Below, piece after piece: positions 40,642 to 51,169 of a stretch of DNA of 64,000 nt. The notes beneath the pieces are model-generated. The model was given only the letters and a program-made list of their open reading frames with translations. It did not search any database and was not told where the DNA came from. Positions within the stretch are counted from its first letter, which is position 1, and every line of letters starts with the position of its first letter. Location: the IMG/VR virus record IMGVR_UViG_3300022868_000009, positions 186,001 to 250,000 of that record. The stretch is one strand, 5' to 3'. The translations under genes and the position numbers were made by a program.

Positions 40642-41238
40642 ATTCAATGTATCTGTAAACTTAACAGTGGAAAACTTTTTATTAAGTTGATTCTTTATTT
40701 TGTTCTTAAATGTATCATCCCATTCACCATCATATTTCAAATCATTAACAACAGATTTTTTAAAATCATTAAATTGTCTTTGAATAACTTCATAAGGTAC
40801 ATTTGATCTAATTTCACCATTATCAATTTGACTTCTTATTCTATGATTAGATATTTCTACACCAGGTCTAAAAACAATAGCTGTTTTCTTAACATCAAGA
40901 AACTGTTTAATAGAGCTATTTCTTGTTGTACTATTTGTATTAATAGCATCTAAAACAGCCACACCATATTCTTTTAATAATACTTTAATTCTAGCATATG
41001 CAACTTCCCATGCTTTTTTAGATCTCCACCAATCTCCACTGTTTCCAGCATTTATGTCACCGTATAATTCTAATCTAATATCATCTGGCGCAATTCGAAT
41101 ATCATCAATTGTTAAGCCGTTCTTATCTAATATTTTTTTAACTTCTGGAAAATCATTTAAAAATACATTATTAAAATAAGTTGATTTTCCGGAACCTGAA
41201 ATTCCAATTGGAAAATATAGAATTGGTTTATTTGCCAT
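40639..41238 (-). CDS. P-loop kinase (polynucleotide kinase/AAA_33-like)
   Basis: GISGSGKST, PDDIR, LDAIN, R...R..VP.EVI.RQ. Confidence 0.82.
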   Translation of the reverse strand: MANKPILYFPIGISGSGKSTYFNNVFLNDFPEVKKILDKNGLTIDDIRIAPDDIRLELYGDINAGNSGDWWRSKKAWEVAYARIKVLLKEYGVAVLDAINTNSTTRNSSIKQFLDVKKTAIVFRPGVEISNHRIRSQIDNGEIRSNVPYEVIQRQFNDFKKSVVNDLKYDGEWDDTFKNKIKNQLNKKFSTVKFTDTLN

Positions 41239-41297
41239 ATTATTACGTTTTTTGATTTAACTTTAATTTATATATAAAACAAATATAATAAATTTAT

Positions 41298-42158
41298 ATG
41301 AAAGAACCTGATGAAATTGAAAATTTTTTTACTTTTGAAAATGAAGATGAAGATGAAGAAAATAAAAAAGAAGCAAAAGAAGTTAAAAAAAGAATTGAAG
41401 AAGATCATATTAAAGAAGTAAAATCTAATATCTCTGAACTTGAAGATAATATTCAAAATATACTTGATGAAATAGAAGAACCCGTCGAAAACCTTTTTCC
41501 TACCAATGATTTATTACCAGATCTCGATATGGAAATTGATATTCATGATTATGAAAAAGATATTCAAATGGTTAAAATTGCAGCAAGTGAAACAATTACT
41601 TGTTTAGCTAATCTTTATCTTGATGGAGAAACAATGAAAAATAAAAATATTAATAGTATTATTAAAGACGACGCTAATAAATTATCAGAACTTAATTTTA
41701 ATGTAACTCAAACTAAAAGAGCATTAATAATGTGTATGAGACAATTAGATTTAGGTATAAATGATCCTGAAATGTTTCAATCTGTTACTATGTTTCAAAA
41801 AGAAATGAGGGAAACAATCAAAATGGCGTATGGATTACAAATTCAAATGAAAGACTTCTATAAAGGACTTAAAAGTGAATTAGATGAACTTAATAAAGGT
41901 GACGATTTAGAAGATGAATTAGGTGTAAGTGAAATGAATATTATAGGTGACCCTAAAGAACTTAATAATATACTTGAAGCAATGCAAAATGATAGAACAC
42001 TTTTAACTTATAATGAAGAAAGAAAAGAAAGAGAAGAAAGAGAAAGGCTAGAAGATGAAGAGTTCGAAGAAAATAGAAAAAGAAGATTAAAAGAAAAAGA
42101 ATCTGAAGAAAAAGAAACTAAAAAAGAAAATATACCTAAAGAAGAAAATCCTGATTAA
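41298..42158 (+). CDS. Acidic coiled-coil protein (possibly packaging-related)
   Basis: Long ORF behind palindromic TTTATATATAAA; function not recognised. Confidence 0.6.
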   Translation: MKEPDEIENFFTFENEDEDEENKKEAKEVKKRIEEDHIKEVKSNISELEDNIQNILDEIEEPVENLFPTNDLLPDLDMEIDIHDYEKDIQMVKIAASETITCLANLYLDGETMKNKNINSIIKDDANKLSELNFNVTQTKRALIMCMRQLDLGINDPEMFQSVTMFQKEMRETIKMAYGLQIQMKDFYKGLKSELDELNKGDDLEDELGVSEMNIIGDPKELNNILEAMQNDRTLLTYNEERKEREERERLEDEEFEENRKRRLKEKESEEKETKKENIPKEENPD

Positions 42159-42172
42159 AATCAGGATTTTCT
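42143..42172. terminator. Bidirectional terminator between convergent genes
   Basis: AGAAAATCCTGA-TTAAAA-TCAGGATTTTCT perfect 12-bp inverted repeat. Confidence 0.75.
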
Positions 42173-43609
42173 ATTTTGTAATTCCGTTAATTTAAAATAA
42201 AAATCTCGAGCTATTTTCTTTAAGTAATATGTACCCATTCCTTGCATGCCTGTTTTCTCGTTATCTGGATCTGGTACTCTTTTACCATTTAAGTAGTTTA
42301 AACCACTAACATTTGTAATAAATTTATGACCCCCTGAATTTGATTGAATAATATCCCATGCCGTAACATACATATCATTTAATATCTTTTTATCATTTTC
42401 ACTTAATTTTATAAAAGGAACAGTCATCACAGCATCTAACACATTTTCAGATTGCTGATCTAAACCAACAATTTGATCTTTAAATAAAGAAACTAAATCT
42501 TTAAATCTAAAACCAAATTCATTTGAAATATCTTTTGGAGCTTTATTTCTTGTACCTTTAGCAGCTCTGACCATATCTTGTTCAGATATTCTCTTAATAT
42601 TTTTAACAGTTATTTTAACGTTTTGTAAATTAGTTTTGAAATTATTTAATACATCTTGTGCAATATCGCCCAAGTTAATATGTTCAAATTTTGGATCTTT
42701 CTTTTTAAAAGGATTTGTTGAAACTTGAACTAATCCCATTGGCCAAGCCATAATAAAAAAATTAGCATCTGGATATAATTTAAATGAAGCATATCTATCA
42801 TATGAACCAGTATCAAACATTCTAGGACCACCATATTGCATCATTATATCATTCTTAACAACTAATTTTTTAAAATTTTTAAGATTGTCAAAATATGTAT
42901 TTGCATGTTTTTCAATTGATTCAGCAGGATCTAAACCTAAATCTTTAGCTAATTTCTTAATTTCTAAAAACATACTAACTAAACTAGGTTTTGAATTTTC
43001 AACTAAACCTACTAAAAAACCAGGTTTATTTTTATAAGCCAATAATAGTTTATTTACAACAAATCCTAATTTCATTCTATTTGATTTAGTTGATATATCT
43101 TTATTGGTTTTATAGAAAAATTGAATTACATCAGAAGGAGTTATATCTTGACTTGCATAATCTGCACTATCAACAGTATCAATCATATTAACATCTTCTG
43201 CTGAAAATATATCATTAGGTGAAATTTCACCGGAAATAGTACCAGCATTTGATTTAGCTTTCTTAAAATGTGCAGACATAGTTTCTACGCCTATTTGCAT
43301 ATCATGGTGGTCTGTATGAATAACAAATTCTGTTTTACCGTGAGCAAAATCTACTAAAACAGCTAATGTACCGGGTTGTGGTTTATCTAAATGATATTCC
43401 ATACCACCATATTGAATAGTATGATATCTTACTGTTTTAATACCATATTGTTTCAAATATTCTCTCATAGCAATAGCTGATGTAACACCATCTAAATCTA
43501 CATGAAAATATATTTCAGCTTCATCAAAAGTTTTAGATATTTTTTTAATATCACGTATGCCAGATTCATTTAATTTCAGAAACTGATTATAACTTTCTAA
43601 TAAACGCAT
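42161..43609 (-). CDS. DHH-family phosphoesterase with virion-tag N-terminus
   Basis: HVDLDG, VDF, TDHH, SGGH; start revised to MRLLESYNQFLKLNE. Confidence 0.8.
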   Translation of the reverse strand: MRLLESYNQFLKLNESGIRDIKKISKTFDEAEIYFHVDLDGVTSAIAMREYLKQYGIKTVRYHTIQYGGMEYHLDKPQPGTLAVLVDFAHGKTEFVIHTDHHDMQIGVETMSAHFKKAKSNAGTISGEISPNDIFSAEDVNMIDTVDSADYASQDITPSDVIQFFYKTNKDISTKSNRMKLGFVVNKLLLAYKNKPGFLVGLVENSKPSLVSMFLEIKKLAKDLGLDPAESIEKHANTYFDNLKNFKKLVVKNDIMMQYGGPRMFDTGSYDRYASFKLYPDANFFIMAWPMGLVQVSTNPFKKKDPKFEHINLGDIAQDVLNNFKTNLQNVKITVKNIKRISEQDMVRAAKGTRNKAPKDISNEFGFRFKDLVSLFKDQIVGLDQQSENVLDAVMTVPFIKLSENDKKILNDMYVTAWDIIQSNSGGHKFITNVSGLNYLNGKRVPDPDNEKTGMQGMGTYYLKKIARDFYFKLTELQNRKS

Positions 43610-43613
43610 GAAA

Positions 43614-44171
43614 TTAAACATTTTTTAACAGATTCATTAAATCATCATTTAATATCTGTAACACTTTTTTACCATTTAGTTCAATTTGTGGGACATTCTT
43701 AATTATAGAAAAAACATCATTGCCCTCAACAACTATTTCACTAAATAATTTATCAAGTTGTGGATTTCTTCTATAATAAGAAACTAAATTATCAACAAAC
43801 TCTTTTAATTTTAATTCATGATTTTCATTATATTTCAAAACTAATAAAGATTTATCAGTTTGCTCTATTATCATGAAATGTAAATCATCTTTAGAATGAT
43901 TATTTGATTCTAAAAGAGAATAAGCATCAGAAGGTTTATAATTATCTAAAAATTTAGCGACTTTGCCATTAAGTTTAAACCTAGGTTTTTTCCTACTAAC
44001 ATTTGGATCTCTGTTATCTCTTCTTGGAGGTTTAGATAACTCTTGAGCCATTGCAGCCAAATTAGCCTTCTTAATCGGAATTTCCTTTGGAATTTCAGGA
44101 ACAGAACTAGTAATAGTTTTTGAACTACCACCACCTGTTGATGCAAAATCACTATATTTTTTTAAGCCCAT
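43614..44171 (-). CDS. Putative virion protein (MGLKKYSDF)
   Basis: Late operon, tag-like N-terminus. Confidence 0.6.
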   Translation of the reverse strand: MGLKKYSDFASTGGGSSKTITSSVPEIPKEIPIKKANLAAMAQELSKPPRRDNRDPNVSRKKPRFKLNGKVAKFLDNYKPSDAYSLLESNNHSKDDLHFMIIEQTDKSLLVLKYNENHELKLKEFVDNLVSYYRRNPQLDKLFSEIVVEGNDVFSIIKNVPQIELNGKKVLQILNDDLMNLLKNV

Positions 44172-44181
44172 TTTTTAATTT

Positions 44182-44703
44182 TTAAATTTCTTGACTACCT
44201 TGTTGTAACTGTTGACCTTGTTGTTGTAATTTCTGGCCTTGTTGTTGTAATTGCTGCCCTTGTGTTTGTAGATTTTGACCTTGTGCTTGTAAACCATCAT
44301 CCTGTGCAGGAATATCCTGTGCAGTTTGTTGAGCTTGAGTTTCATCTGGAACATCTTGTAATGGTTGAACTTGTTGCGTTTGAGCTTGTTGCATTTGAGG
44401 TTGAACTTGTGCACCTTTTGCATAATTAGAACCCATTGCCATTGTAACAGGCAAATTCTCAATGTTCATATATGATGAAGCGATATAGTTAACAATCATT
44501 TCAGCCATTTGTTCTGCACCATAAAGATCTTTAACATCTCTACCTGTCTCATCTTTAACTTTTTTAGTAAAAGCGTTAATTAATGATTTAGGTACATCAA
44601 CGTTTGGTAATACTCTATAAACATCATCAATAGCAAATACAGTTTCTTGAACTTTATTTCCTTTTGAATTTTTAAAATCATTTAGATTTGTTAAATGTTT
44701 CAT
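44182..44703 (-). CDS. Putative virion protein with Q-rich tail (MKHLTNLNDF)
   Basis: TTAATATATA upstream; QGQ heptad repeats. Confidence 0.7.
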   Translation of the reverse strand: MKHLTNLNDFKNSKGNKVQETVFAIDDVYRVLPNVDVPKSLINAFTKKVKDETGRDVKDLYGAEQMAEMIVNYIASSYMNIENLPVTMAMGSNYAKGAQVQPQMQQAQTQQVQPLQDVPDETQAQQTAQDIPAQDDGLQAQGQNLQTQGQQLQQQGQKLQQQGQQLQQGSQEI

Positions 44704-44756
44704 AATCGGATTTTTTATTTTTTATTATATATTAAACTTTATTTCTCATTTTTCTT

Positions 44757-45584
44757 TTAGAATATATTCTTAATATCCTGCCATGTGGTTCTTCTAGTAA
44801 TTCCTAAACCTATACCAATATAAGGACCTACTCCTTTATTCATAGGATTATACATAAAACCAACTGAAAACGTTGGACCAATTCCCCATCTATATTTAGG
44901 CATAATAGCTTTTAATACTTTAGATTTTTGTGGATCTATCAAAGCACCATCCAAATTAGCAATACTGAAACCTGGATAATCAGATTTAATAAATATTTTT
45001 AATTGACCTTTTTCTTCAATTAAACCAGTTGTTAAACCTAAACTAAATTCATCTTTTAATAATGTTGTTATAATAGGTTTTACAATTTTACCACTATCTA
45101 TCATAAATCTAGATTCACCAACTAATGTTCTACTATTATATTTATCAAACTGTTTAAAATAATCCCATTTCAACCCATTTGAACCATCAGGATAAACAGT
45201 ATCAGTAGTGTGTATTATAATAGGTTCTTTATTTTTAATCTTAGCTAAAGCAGTTGCTAGATAAATAACATCACCCCTTTGTTTTTTAACTTCATCATAT
45301 AATTCTTTATTCTTTTCTTTTAGTTCTTTCTTATCAGCAATTAATACAGCTCTCTCATATTGTAATTCATTATTCTTATTATAAACCTTTATTAAAGTAT
45401 CTTTATAATATGATTCATTTTGTTCTTTAATTATTAATTTATCTTGTAATTTTCCAACTTTATCACATTTCTGAATAAAAAGTAATATTACAATCGCACC
45501 AGCAATTAATAAAACTGTTCTTTGATTTTTAGGATCTGAAATAAAACCCCATATTTTCTTTAATATTTCCCAAAATTTACCCAT
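44757..45584 (-). CDS. Membrane-anchored coiled-coil protein, possible spanin-like lysis protein
   Basis: TM ending LLFIQKC, coiled coil, C-terminal Gly/aromatic beta hairpin. Confidence 0.5.
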   Translation of the reverse strand: MGKFWEILKKIWGFISDPKNQRTVLLIAGAIVILLFIQKCDKVGKLQDKLIIKEQNESYYKDTLIKVYNKNNELQYERAVLIADKKELKEKNKELYDEVKKQRGDVIYLATALAKIKNKEPIIIHTTDTVYPDGSNGLKWDYFKQFDKYNSRTLVGESRFMIDSGKIVKPIITTLLKDEFSLGLTTGLIEEKGQLKIFIKSDYPGFSIANLDGALIDPQKSKVLKAIMPKYRWGIGPTFSVGFMYNPMNKGVGPYIGIGLGITRRTTWQDIKNIF

Positions 45585-45586
45585 TC

Positions 45587-47539
45587 TTATAAACTATTTT
45601 TTGACGAATCTATTGGTGGTGTACCATCTCTAGAAGTTTTATTACTTGGATTAAACACCGCACTCATAGAACTATTTGGTATTGAATTATCACCAGTAAT
45701 TTTATTTTCACCTAGTACCCAATAACCTTTATTCCAAATTCCATTATACCAATTACCAAGATAAAATTTTCCATTAATAAAAGTTCCATTATACCAATCA
45801 CCAGACCAAAAATATCCATCATTAAATGTACCACCACTCCATCTACTAAAAAATATATTAGTTTTTGTTGATGAACCATTTTTCCAATCAGCATATATTA
45901 TATCGCTATTTTCTGCTATACCATTTTCCCAAATTGTATTTGTTGTTCCTGTCATGCCTAAAATCGGATCATAAATATTCTCTGTTTCAGAATTGAAAAA
46001 TTTACCATTTTTCCATGTACCATGACTCCATGTTGAATTATTAAACTCGCCTTGATACCAAGTACCAGAACTCCATGTAGAATTTATCATTTTTCCATTA
46101 TACCATGAACCATCTCTCCAACCACCATTATTAAAAGTTCCACCATACCACACACCGTCATACCACGTACCAGTTTCAAATATTCCATTATTCCAGATTC
46201 CATTATTCCATGTAGATCCACTACCTTTAAAAGCACCATTATTAAAAATTCCATCATACCATGTAACATAATTAATTATATTACCATTATTAAAAGTTCC
46301 ATCATACCAGTATATTTTATAATAATATATCAATAATTTTAAATCTCCACTCATATCACCACCATTAAATGTACCACCTGACCACATACAATCTATATTA
46401 TCTGCATTAAAATTGCCATTATTAAAAACACCATTATACCATTGTGAATCTACAAATGTTCCATCATTAAAAGTACCACCAGTCCAATTTGATCTATAAA
46501 AATACCCATCATTAAAAATACCATTTAACCAAGTTTTTGAACTATTAAAATAACCAAATATCCCATTATTCCAAATACCATCATACCAAACACTTGGTCC
46601 AAATTTTTGACTTTCTTCACTTAATAAAGAATAATCTTCACCTATATCATATTCCCATGTACCATAACTCCAAATACAATTATTTTCCACCGTACAATTT
46701 TTAAAATATCCACCAGTAATTATGTAATCACTTATCACACATTCTTCAAAATATCCACCACTTATAATATGATTAGAGCCATTAAAAACTCCATTATAAT
46801 AAATACCAGATTCTATATTAGTTATATAAATATTTGAACTAATTGAATTTTCACAACCAATATAACTATAACCATTATTATTATTATTTTTACTTATAGA
46901 TAAAGATAATATATCATCTTCAGTATTAACTAATGTAGGATACATATAATCATATTTTAATTCAAATGTTGTACCAGTAGAATTACAAACAAAAAAGATA
47001 CCTTGATTTACATTAACATCACCAATCAAATCACATTCTTTTATAATAGCTGCATCTATATAACCATCATTTATTGTGATATTTTCACATTTAACCAAAC
47101 TAATATAATGATTTGTTAAATTAACATTTGAAGGTAAATCTTCATATTTTTTATTAATAATAATTAGATTTCTATTACTATCTACATATATTACTTTATA
47201 TCCATTATCTTTAACATAAGGAAAATTTAAATCATATCTTCTTTCATAAAATGTATCAATATTACCAGTTGCATCATCAAAACTTGAAATATAAACTATA
47301 TCTCCTATTTTAATATTAGAATCTAACATTGTATAAAACCCAAGATATTCATTATATCTTTCTGGTATGTTTACAATCTTAACAGAATTTCTTGTTTCAG
47401 GATATTTTGCAAGTTCTCTTTTTCTAACAGGATCAATAGGATCTGATAAATTAACATTAATACCCAATTCTAATGATAGACCCTTTATAATTCCATTTGA
47501 ATTTAATGTGTCAACAGGTATGTTTGTTATTCTAGCCAT
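45587..47539 (-). CDS. Late protein with W-x-x-G-x-F-x-x-G beta-solenoid repeats
   Basis: Start revised to MARITNIP; many WYDG/FNNG pentads; TATATA upstream. Confidence 0.75.
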   Translation of the reverse strand: MARITNIPVDTLNSNGIIKGLSLELGINVNLSDPIDPVRKRELAKYPETRNSVKIVNIPERYNEYLGFYTMLDSNIKIGDIVYISSFDDATGNIDTFYERRYDLNFPYVKDNGYKVIYVDSNRNLIIINKKYEDLPSNVNLTNHYISLVKCENITINDGYIDAAIIKECDLIGDVNVNQGIFFVCNSTGTTFELKYDYMYPTLVNTEDDILSLSISKNNNNNGYSYIGCENSISSNIYITNIESGIYYNGVFNGSNHIISGGYFEECVISDYIITGGYFKNCTVENNCIWSYGTWEYDIGEDYSLLSEESQKFGPSVWYDGIWNNGIFGYFNSSKTWLNGIFNDGYFYRSNWTGGTFNDGTFVDSQWYNGVFNNGNFNADNIDCMWSGGTFNGGDMSGDLKLLIYYYKIYWYDGTFNNGNIINYVTWYDGIFNNGAFKGSGSTWNNGIWNNGIFETGTWYDGVWYGGTFNNGGWRDGSWYNGKMINSTWSSGTWYQGEFNNSTWSHGTWKNGKFFNSETENIYDPILGMTGTTNTIWENGIAENSDIIYADWKNGSSTKTNIFFSRWSGGTFNDGYFWSGDWYNGTFINGKFYLGNWYNGIWNKGYWVLGENKITGDNSIPNSSMSAVFNPSNKTSRDGTPPIDSSKNSL

Positions 47540-47957
47540 TAATAATCTTAATTTAGTTTTATATATAAAATATTGATTAGTGATAAAAAAATTTTTCAAA
47601 AATTTCCTTGAATTCTCTAAGATGTTGATTTTATTGTATTTGAATTTTCAACAAATCCTTTAAATATAATAGTTTTAGAAATTTTAAAAAAGTGAAAAAT
47701 TTTTTAAATATATAAATAGTGTAGTATTTAAACAGAATTTAGATTGAAAAGTATTAAAAAAATTAAAAACTTTTATTTGAATTCGTTTTATATGATTTAA
47801 GATAAATTTTAAAACGCTTTAAAGTTTTTCAGTTGAACTAAACAACATTAAAAATTAGTATTATGAAGATTCAAATAATTCAAAGGCAATTAATAGCAAT
47901 CAAAGGATTTTTTAAGAATTACAAGAATTTTCATACAAAAAAAGGCAATTATAGGCA

Positions 47958-48914
47958 ATGAAAGAATTAGAAAACGTTGATCTTTTCAACATGACAGCTG
48001 ACGACGAATCGTTAAATGTCTTCGACAAACCGACTACAAATCAAGACGGAATTTACAGACCAAAATTAGATGAGGCAAAAGATAAGAAAACTGGATATCG
48101 TTCAGTTATTAGATTTTTACCTAACCTCTTCGAAAATGGTAAAATAGGACCTAGTGCAATAGAAAAACATGTACATTACGCTGACCTAAAAAACGAACCG
48201 GGATTAGCTAATTATTACGACTGTGCAAAAAACTGGGATCCTAAATGTCCACTCTGTACAATATATTGGAAACTTAAAAATTCCAAAAATCAAGCAGATG
48301 TTGAGAAATCTCAACTCATCAATAGAACAACTAAGTATTATTCTTATGTTCAAATTATTGAAGATGACCAAAACACCGATTTAATAGGAAAAATTTTAGT
48401 ATTCCCTTATGGATATACTATTAAAGAAAAAATTAACAGTGAACGTAATGGTGATGTTACTGGGGAACCCTGTAATGTGTTTGACTTAGCAACAGGCAAA
48501 GATTTTGTTCTTATTATCAAAGAAAAAGGTGGATTTCCAAATTATGAAGGATCACAATTTAAAGATAGTTCACCTATCAAATTGTATGATGCTAATAAAG
48601 CTAAATTCCTATCAGCTCCTGTAGATGAGAATGGTAGAATAACAAATGCTAAAGTGCAAAAGAAAGTCAAAGATTTCTTACTTGAAAGAACTGTAACACT
48701 TGATGAACATGCACCAGTACAATGGAATGAAGAAGTAAAAGGTAAAATTGAAAACATTTTAGCTATACTTAATGGTGAAGAAATAGTTAAAGCAGAAAGA
48801 TCTTCTAATAAGGCAACAACTGATTCAACAAATGATAACAAAGATCTACCAACTGACTTTGGTGGTGATGAAACAGACGCTGAAGATTTCTTTAGTATAG
48901 AAGATGAAGATTAA
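47958..48914 (+). CDS. Single-stranded DNA-binding protein (T4 gp32-like)
   Basis: IRFLP, CPLC, YY..V.II.D....GKI, FD...GKDF, acidic tail. Confidence 0.88.
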   Translation: MKELENVDLFNMTADDESLNVFDKPTTNQDGIYRPKLDEAKDKKTGYRSVIRFLPNLFENGKIGPSAIEKHVHYADLKNEPGLANYYDCAKNWDPKCPLCTIYWKLKNSKNQADVEKSQLINRTTKYYSYVQIIEDDQNTDLIGKILVFPYGYTIKEKINSERNGDVTGEPCNVFDLATGKDFVLIIKEKGGFPNYEGSQFKDSSPIKLYDANKAKFLSAPVDENGRITNAKVQKKVKDFLLERTVTLDEHAPVQWNEEVKGKIENILAILNGEEIVKAERSSNKATTDSTNDNKDLPTDFGGDETDAEDFFSIEDED

Positions 48915-48936
48915 TCCTCTTTTTATATGATATTTA

Positions 48937-48965
48937 AAAGCCTCGCAATAATGTGAGGCTTTTTT
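48937..48965 (+). terminator. Intrinsic terminator
   Basis: AAAGCCTCGC...GTGAGGCTTTTT. Confidence 0.85.
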
Positions 48966-48991
48966 ATTTTAAAATATTAATATATAGGTGC

Positions 48992-49966
48992 ATGAAAATA
49001 TATAAATTTAATTCTTTTATATTTGAAAAAAGTTCTCTAACTTCAATTGGAATACCAAATGAAGTTCTTAAACAAATTCAAATAGATTACGAATTACCAC
49101 ATAATATAAAATGGGAAGAACTTACATTTTCAAACACCATCAAATCATCACTAGAAAATGATGACAAAAATCTATATATTGAAATAAATAAAGAAGGCAC
49201 TAAAGTAAACGTAATAACATCAATAAGAAAAAATAAAAAGAAAATCTACATATTAGACGAATATAAATATAATTTCGGATGGGAAAAATCAGAAAGAATT
49301 GATATAACATTCGCACCAATTGTACAAAAAATGTCATTTAAAAGTATATATTATCACTGTGAATCTAAAAACTTTAAACTCACATCCAAAAAAGAAAGAT
49401 CACTTGAAAATATAAATGTCCAATATGAAAATTTTAATACACAATTTAAAAAAGACTTTACTAACAAATTCATAAGTATAATTAAAAAAGATAAATATAA
49501 TCTACTAGACAATACTATAAAAGAAAACGGTCTAACAACATTTGATGAATATTTATATGATTTTGAATCACAATGTTCAGAAGAATTAAAAAGATATTTA
49601 ACAATTAAAGAACTTATTTCTAGATATGGTAAAGATAAAATATTTAGATCATTTATGTATTTCATTAAAACAAATAACTTAAAATTATTTGAATCAAATA
49701 CTTCATTAAAACAAACAATAAGTTTATTCGTTGACGATTATTGGTATGCAATGGACGAATTAGAAGGAGTATTACATGACTTAGGATATAAAAGAATGAG
49801 TGATAGTGGTAAAGATGTTCTTTTTGTAGAAAAAGAAGGCGAAACTAGATTATATTGGTACGGAAAAGCTTTTGAAATTAAAAATGAACCACATTATAAA
49901 ATGCCAGAAGACTGGGCAACTTTTGTTAAAGAAATAACACAAAATTTTGAAGATATAAAAATATGA
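48992..49966 (+). CDS. Putative virion protein (MKIYKFNSFIFE tag; internal LKLFES)
   Basis: Start revised; TTAATATATAG a few nt upstream. Confidence 0.65.
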   Translation: MKIYKFNSFIFEKSSLTSIGIPNEVLKQIQIDYELPHNIKWEELTFSNTIKSSLENDDKNLYIEINKEGTKVNVITSIRKNKKKIYILDEYKYNFGWEKSERIDITFAPIVQKMSFKSIYYHCESKNFKLTSKKERSLENINVQYENFNTQFKKDFTNKFISIIKKDKYNLLDNTIKENGLTTFDEYLYDFESQCSEELKRYLTIKELISRYGKDKIFRSFMYFIKTNNLKLFESNTSLKQTISLFVDDYWYAMDELEGVLHDLGYKRMSDSGKDVLFVEKEGETRLYWYGKAFEIKNEPHYKMPEDWATFVKEITQNFEDIKI

Positions 49967-50175
49967 AACATATAAAAACTTTTGAACAACATGCTGCAGA
50001 TTATTATGAAGGAGAAACTTCATCTTCACCTTCAGGACCAGTTAAAATGAACTGTCCTAATTGTGGTAATGAAATGAATGTAATGTTCCATGAAATTAGT
50101 CCAAAACCAATCACTTGTGAATTTTGTGGTGATAAAATAGAATATCCATATGGTCAAAGTTGGCGTTGGGCATAA
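49963..50175 (+). CDS. Zinc-ribbon protein with virion tag (MKHIKTFE)
   Basis: CPNC...CEFC. Confidence 0.7.
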   Translation: MKHIKTFEQHAADYYEGETSSSPSGPVKMNCPNCGNEMNVMFHEISPKPITCEFCGDKIEYPYGQSWRWA

Positions 50176-50176
50176 T

Positions 50177-50662
50177 ATGAAACATTTAAAAACATATAAT
50201 GAAAAATTTTCTTTTAGGAAAGATGATCAAAGAGAAATTAGAAAATGGCTTTTTAATTATATATGTAATGAATATTTTGGCGAAAAACAAGAATCATTAA
50301 AAAAATATGATAGAAAAATTCGTTTTTCACCAGGTTCTAATGGTAACGATATATATAAAATATATAAAATATTTAATGATAATAGATATAGATTTGACAT
50401 TATATGTGAACTAACAGACGAAGAAATTAAAGATGATATCTATCTCAGTGCAAGTATTGTAAAATTCAAAGATATGTATGATATCTCACTTAGACAGACA
50501 TACAATGAAACAGAAAAACAAATAGAAATTAAAGGTATTGCTTTTGAAGTAAGAGCAATATTAAAAAAGGGAATGGACAAATCAAAATTTAAATCTGAAT
50601 TATCTGATAAATTAAGAGAAACTGTTGAACATGAATTCAGCATTATGACTCATTATTTATGA
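50177..50662 (+). CDS. Putative virion protein (MKHLKTYNE tag)
   Basis: Start revised to ATG 50177. Confidence 0.65.
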   Translation: MKHLKTYNEKFSFRKDDQREIRKWLFNYICNEYFGEKQESLKKYDRKIRFSPGSNGNDIYKIYKIFNDNRYRFDIICELTDEEIKDDIYLSASIVKFKDMYDISLRQTYNETEKQIEIKGIAFEVRAILKKGMDKSKFKSELSDKLRETVEHEFSIMTHYL

Positions 50663-51111
50663 AATATTTCGGTCCGGGTAAGTGGAAGATACCAGAAAAT
50701 GATCGTTTTAAAAATTTTTATAACCTTAAACATTACGAACCACTTTTACTTGACCTTATGAAGGGTTGTGTAATAGATGATAATTATATACCTAAAGATT
50801 TAAAAAAAATTATTTTAGGTGATTATCCATATGGTATCACTAATGATGAAATTAGAAAATATTTATTTAAATTAATACATCCAGATGAGGTTAAAGCATA
50901 CCTTAGAGGATGGTATAAAGTAAGTAAATCTAAAAAGTTAGATTTCACAAAACAAATCTATAAAGATCTTGAATATCAAAAAAATAGTAGATTCGAATCT
51001 AAAAAAGATTTTAAACCTTTAACTGAAAAATATCCAGAATTTTGGAATGATGTCAAAAAATTATATATCGGAACAGCTAAAGATATGTTCCAAAATTTAA
51101 AATGGAATTAA
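50659..51111 (+). CDS. Hypothetical protein
   Basis: ATGA overlap with upstream gene. Confidence 0.6.
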   Translation: MKYFGPGKWKIPENDRFKNFYNLKHYEPLLLDLMKGCVIDDNYIPKDLKKIILGDYPYGITNDEIRKYLFKLIHPDEVKAYLRGWYKVSKSKKLDFTKQIYKDLEYQKNSRFESKKDFKPLTEKYPEFWNDVKKLYIGTAKDMFQNLKWN

Positions 51112-51169
51112 AAATAATTGTTTTTTCTTGAAATTTTTAGTATATTAATGTAAATTAAAACTAAAAATT

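Noticed and set aside
41298-42158. Terminase small subunit call
   Set aside because: No diagnostic motif and no large terminase nearby; left as hypothetical
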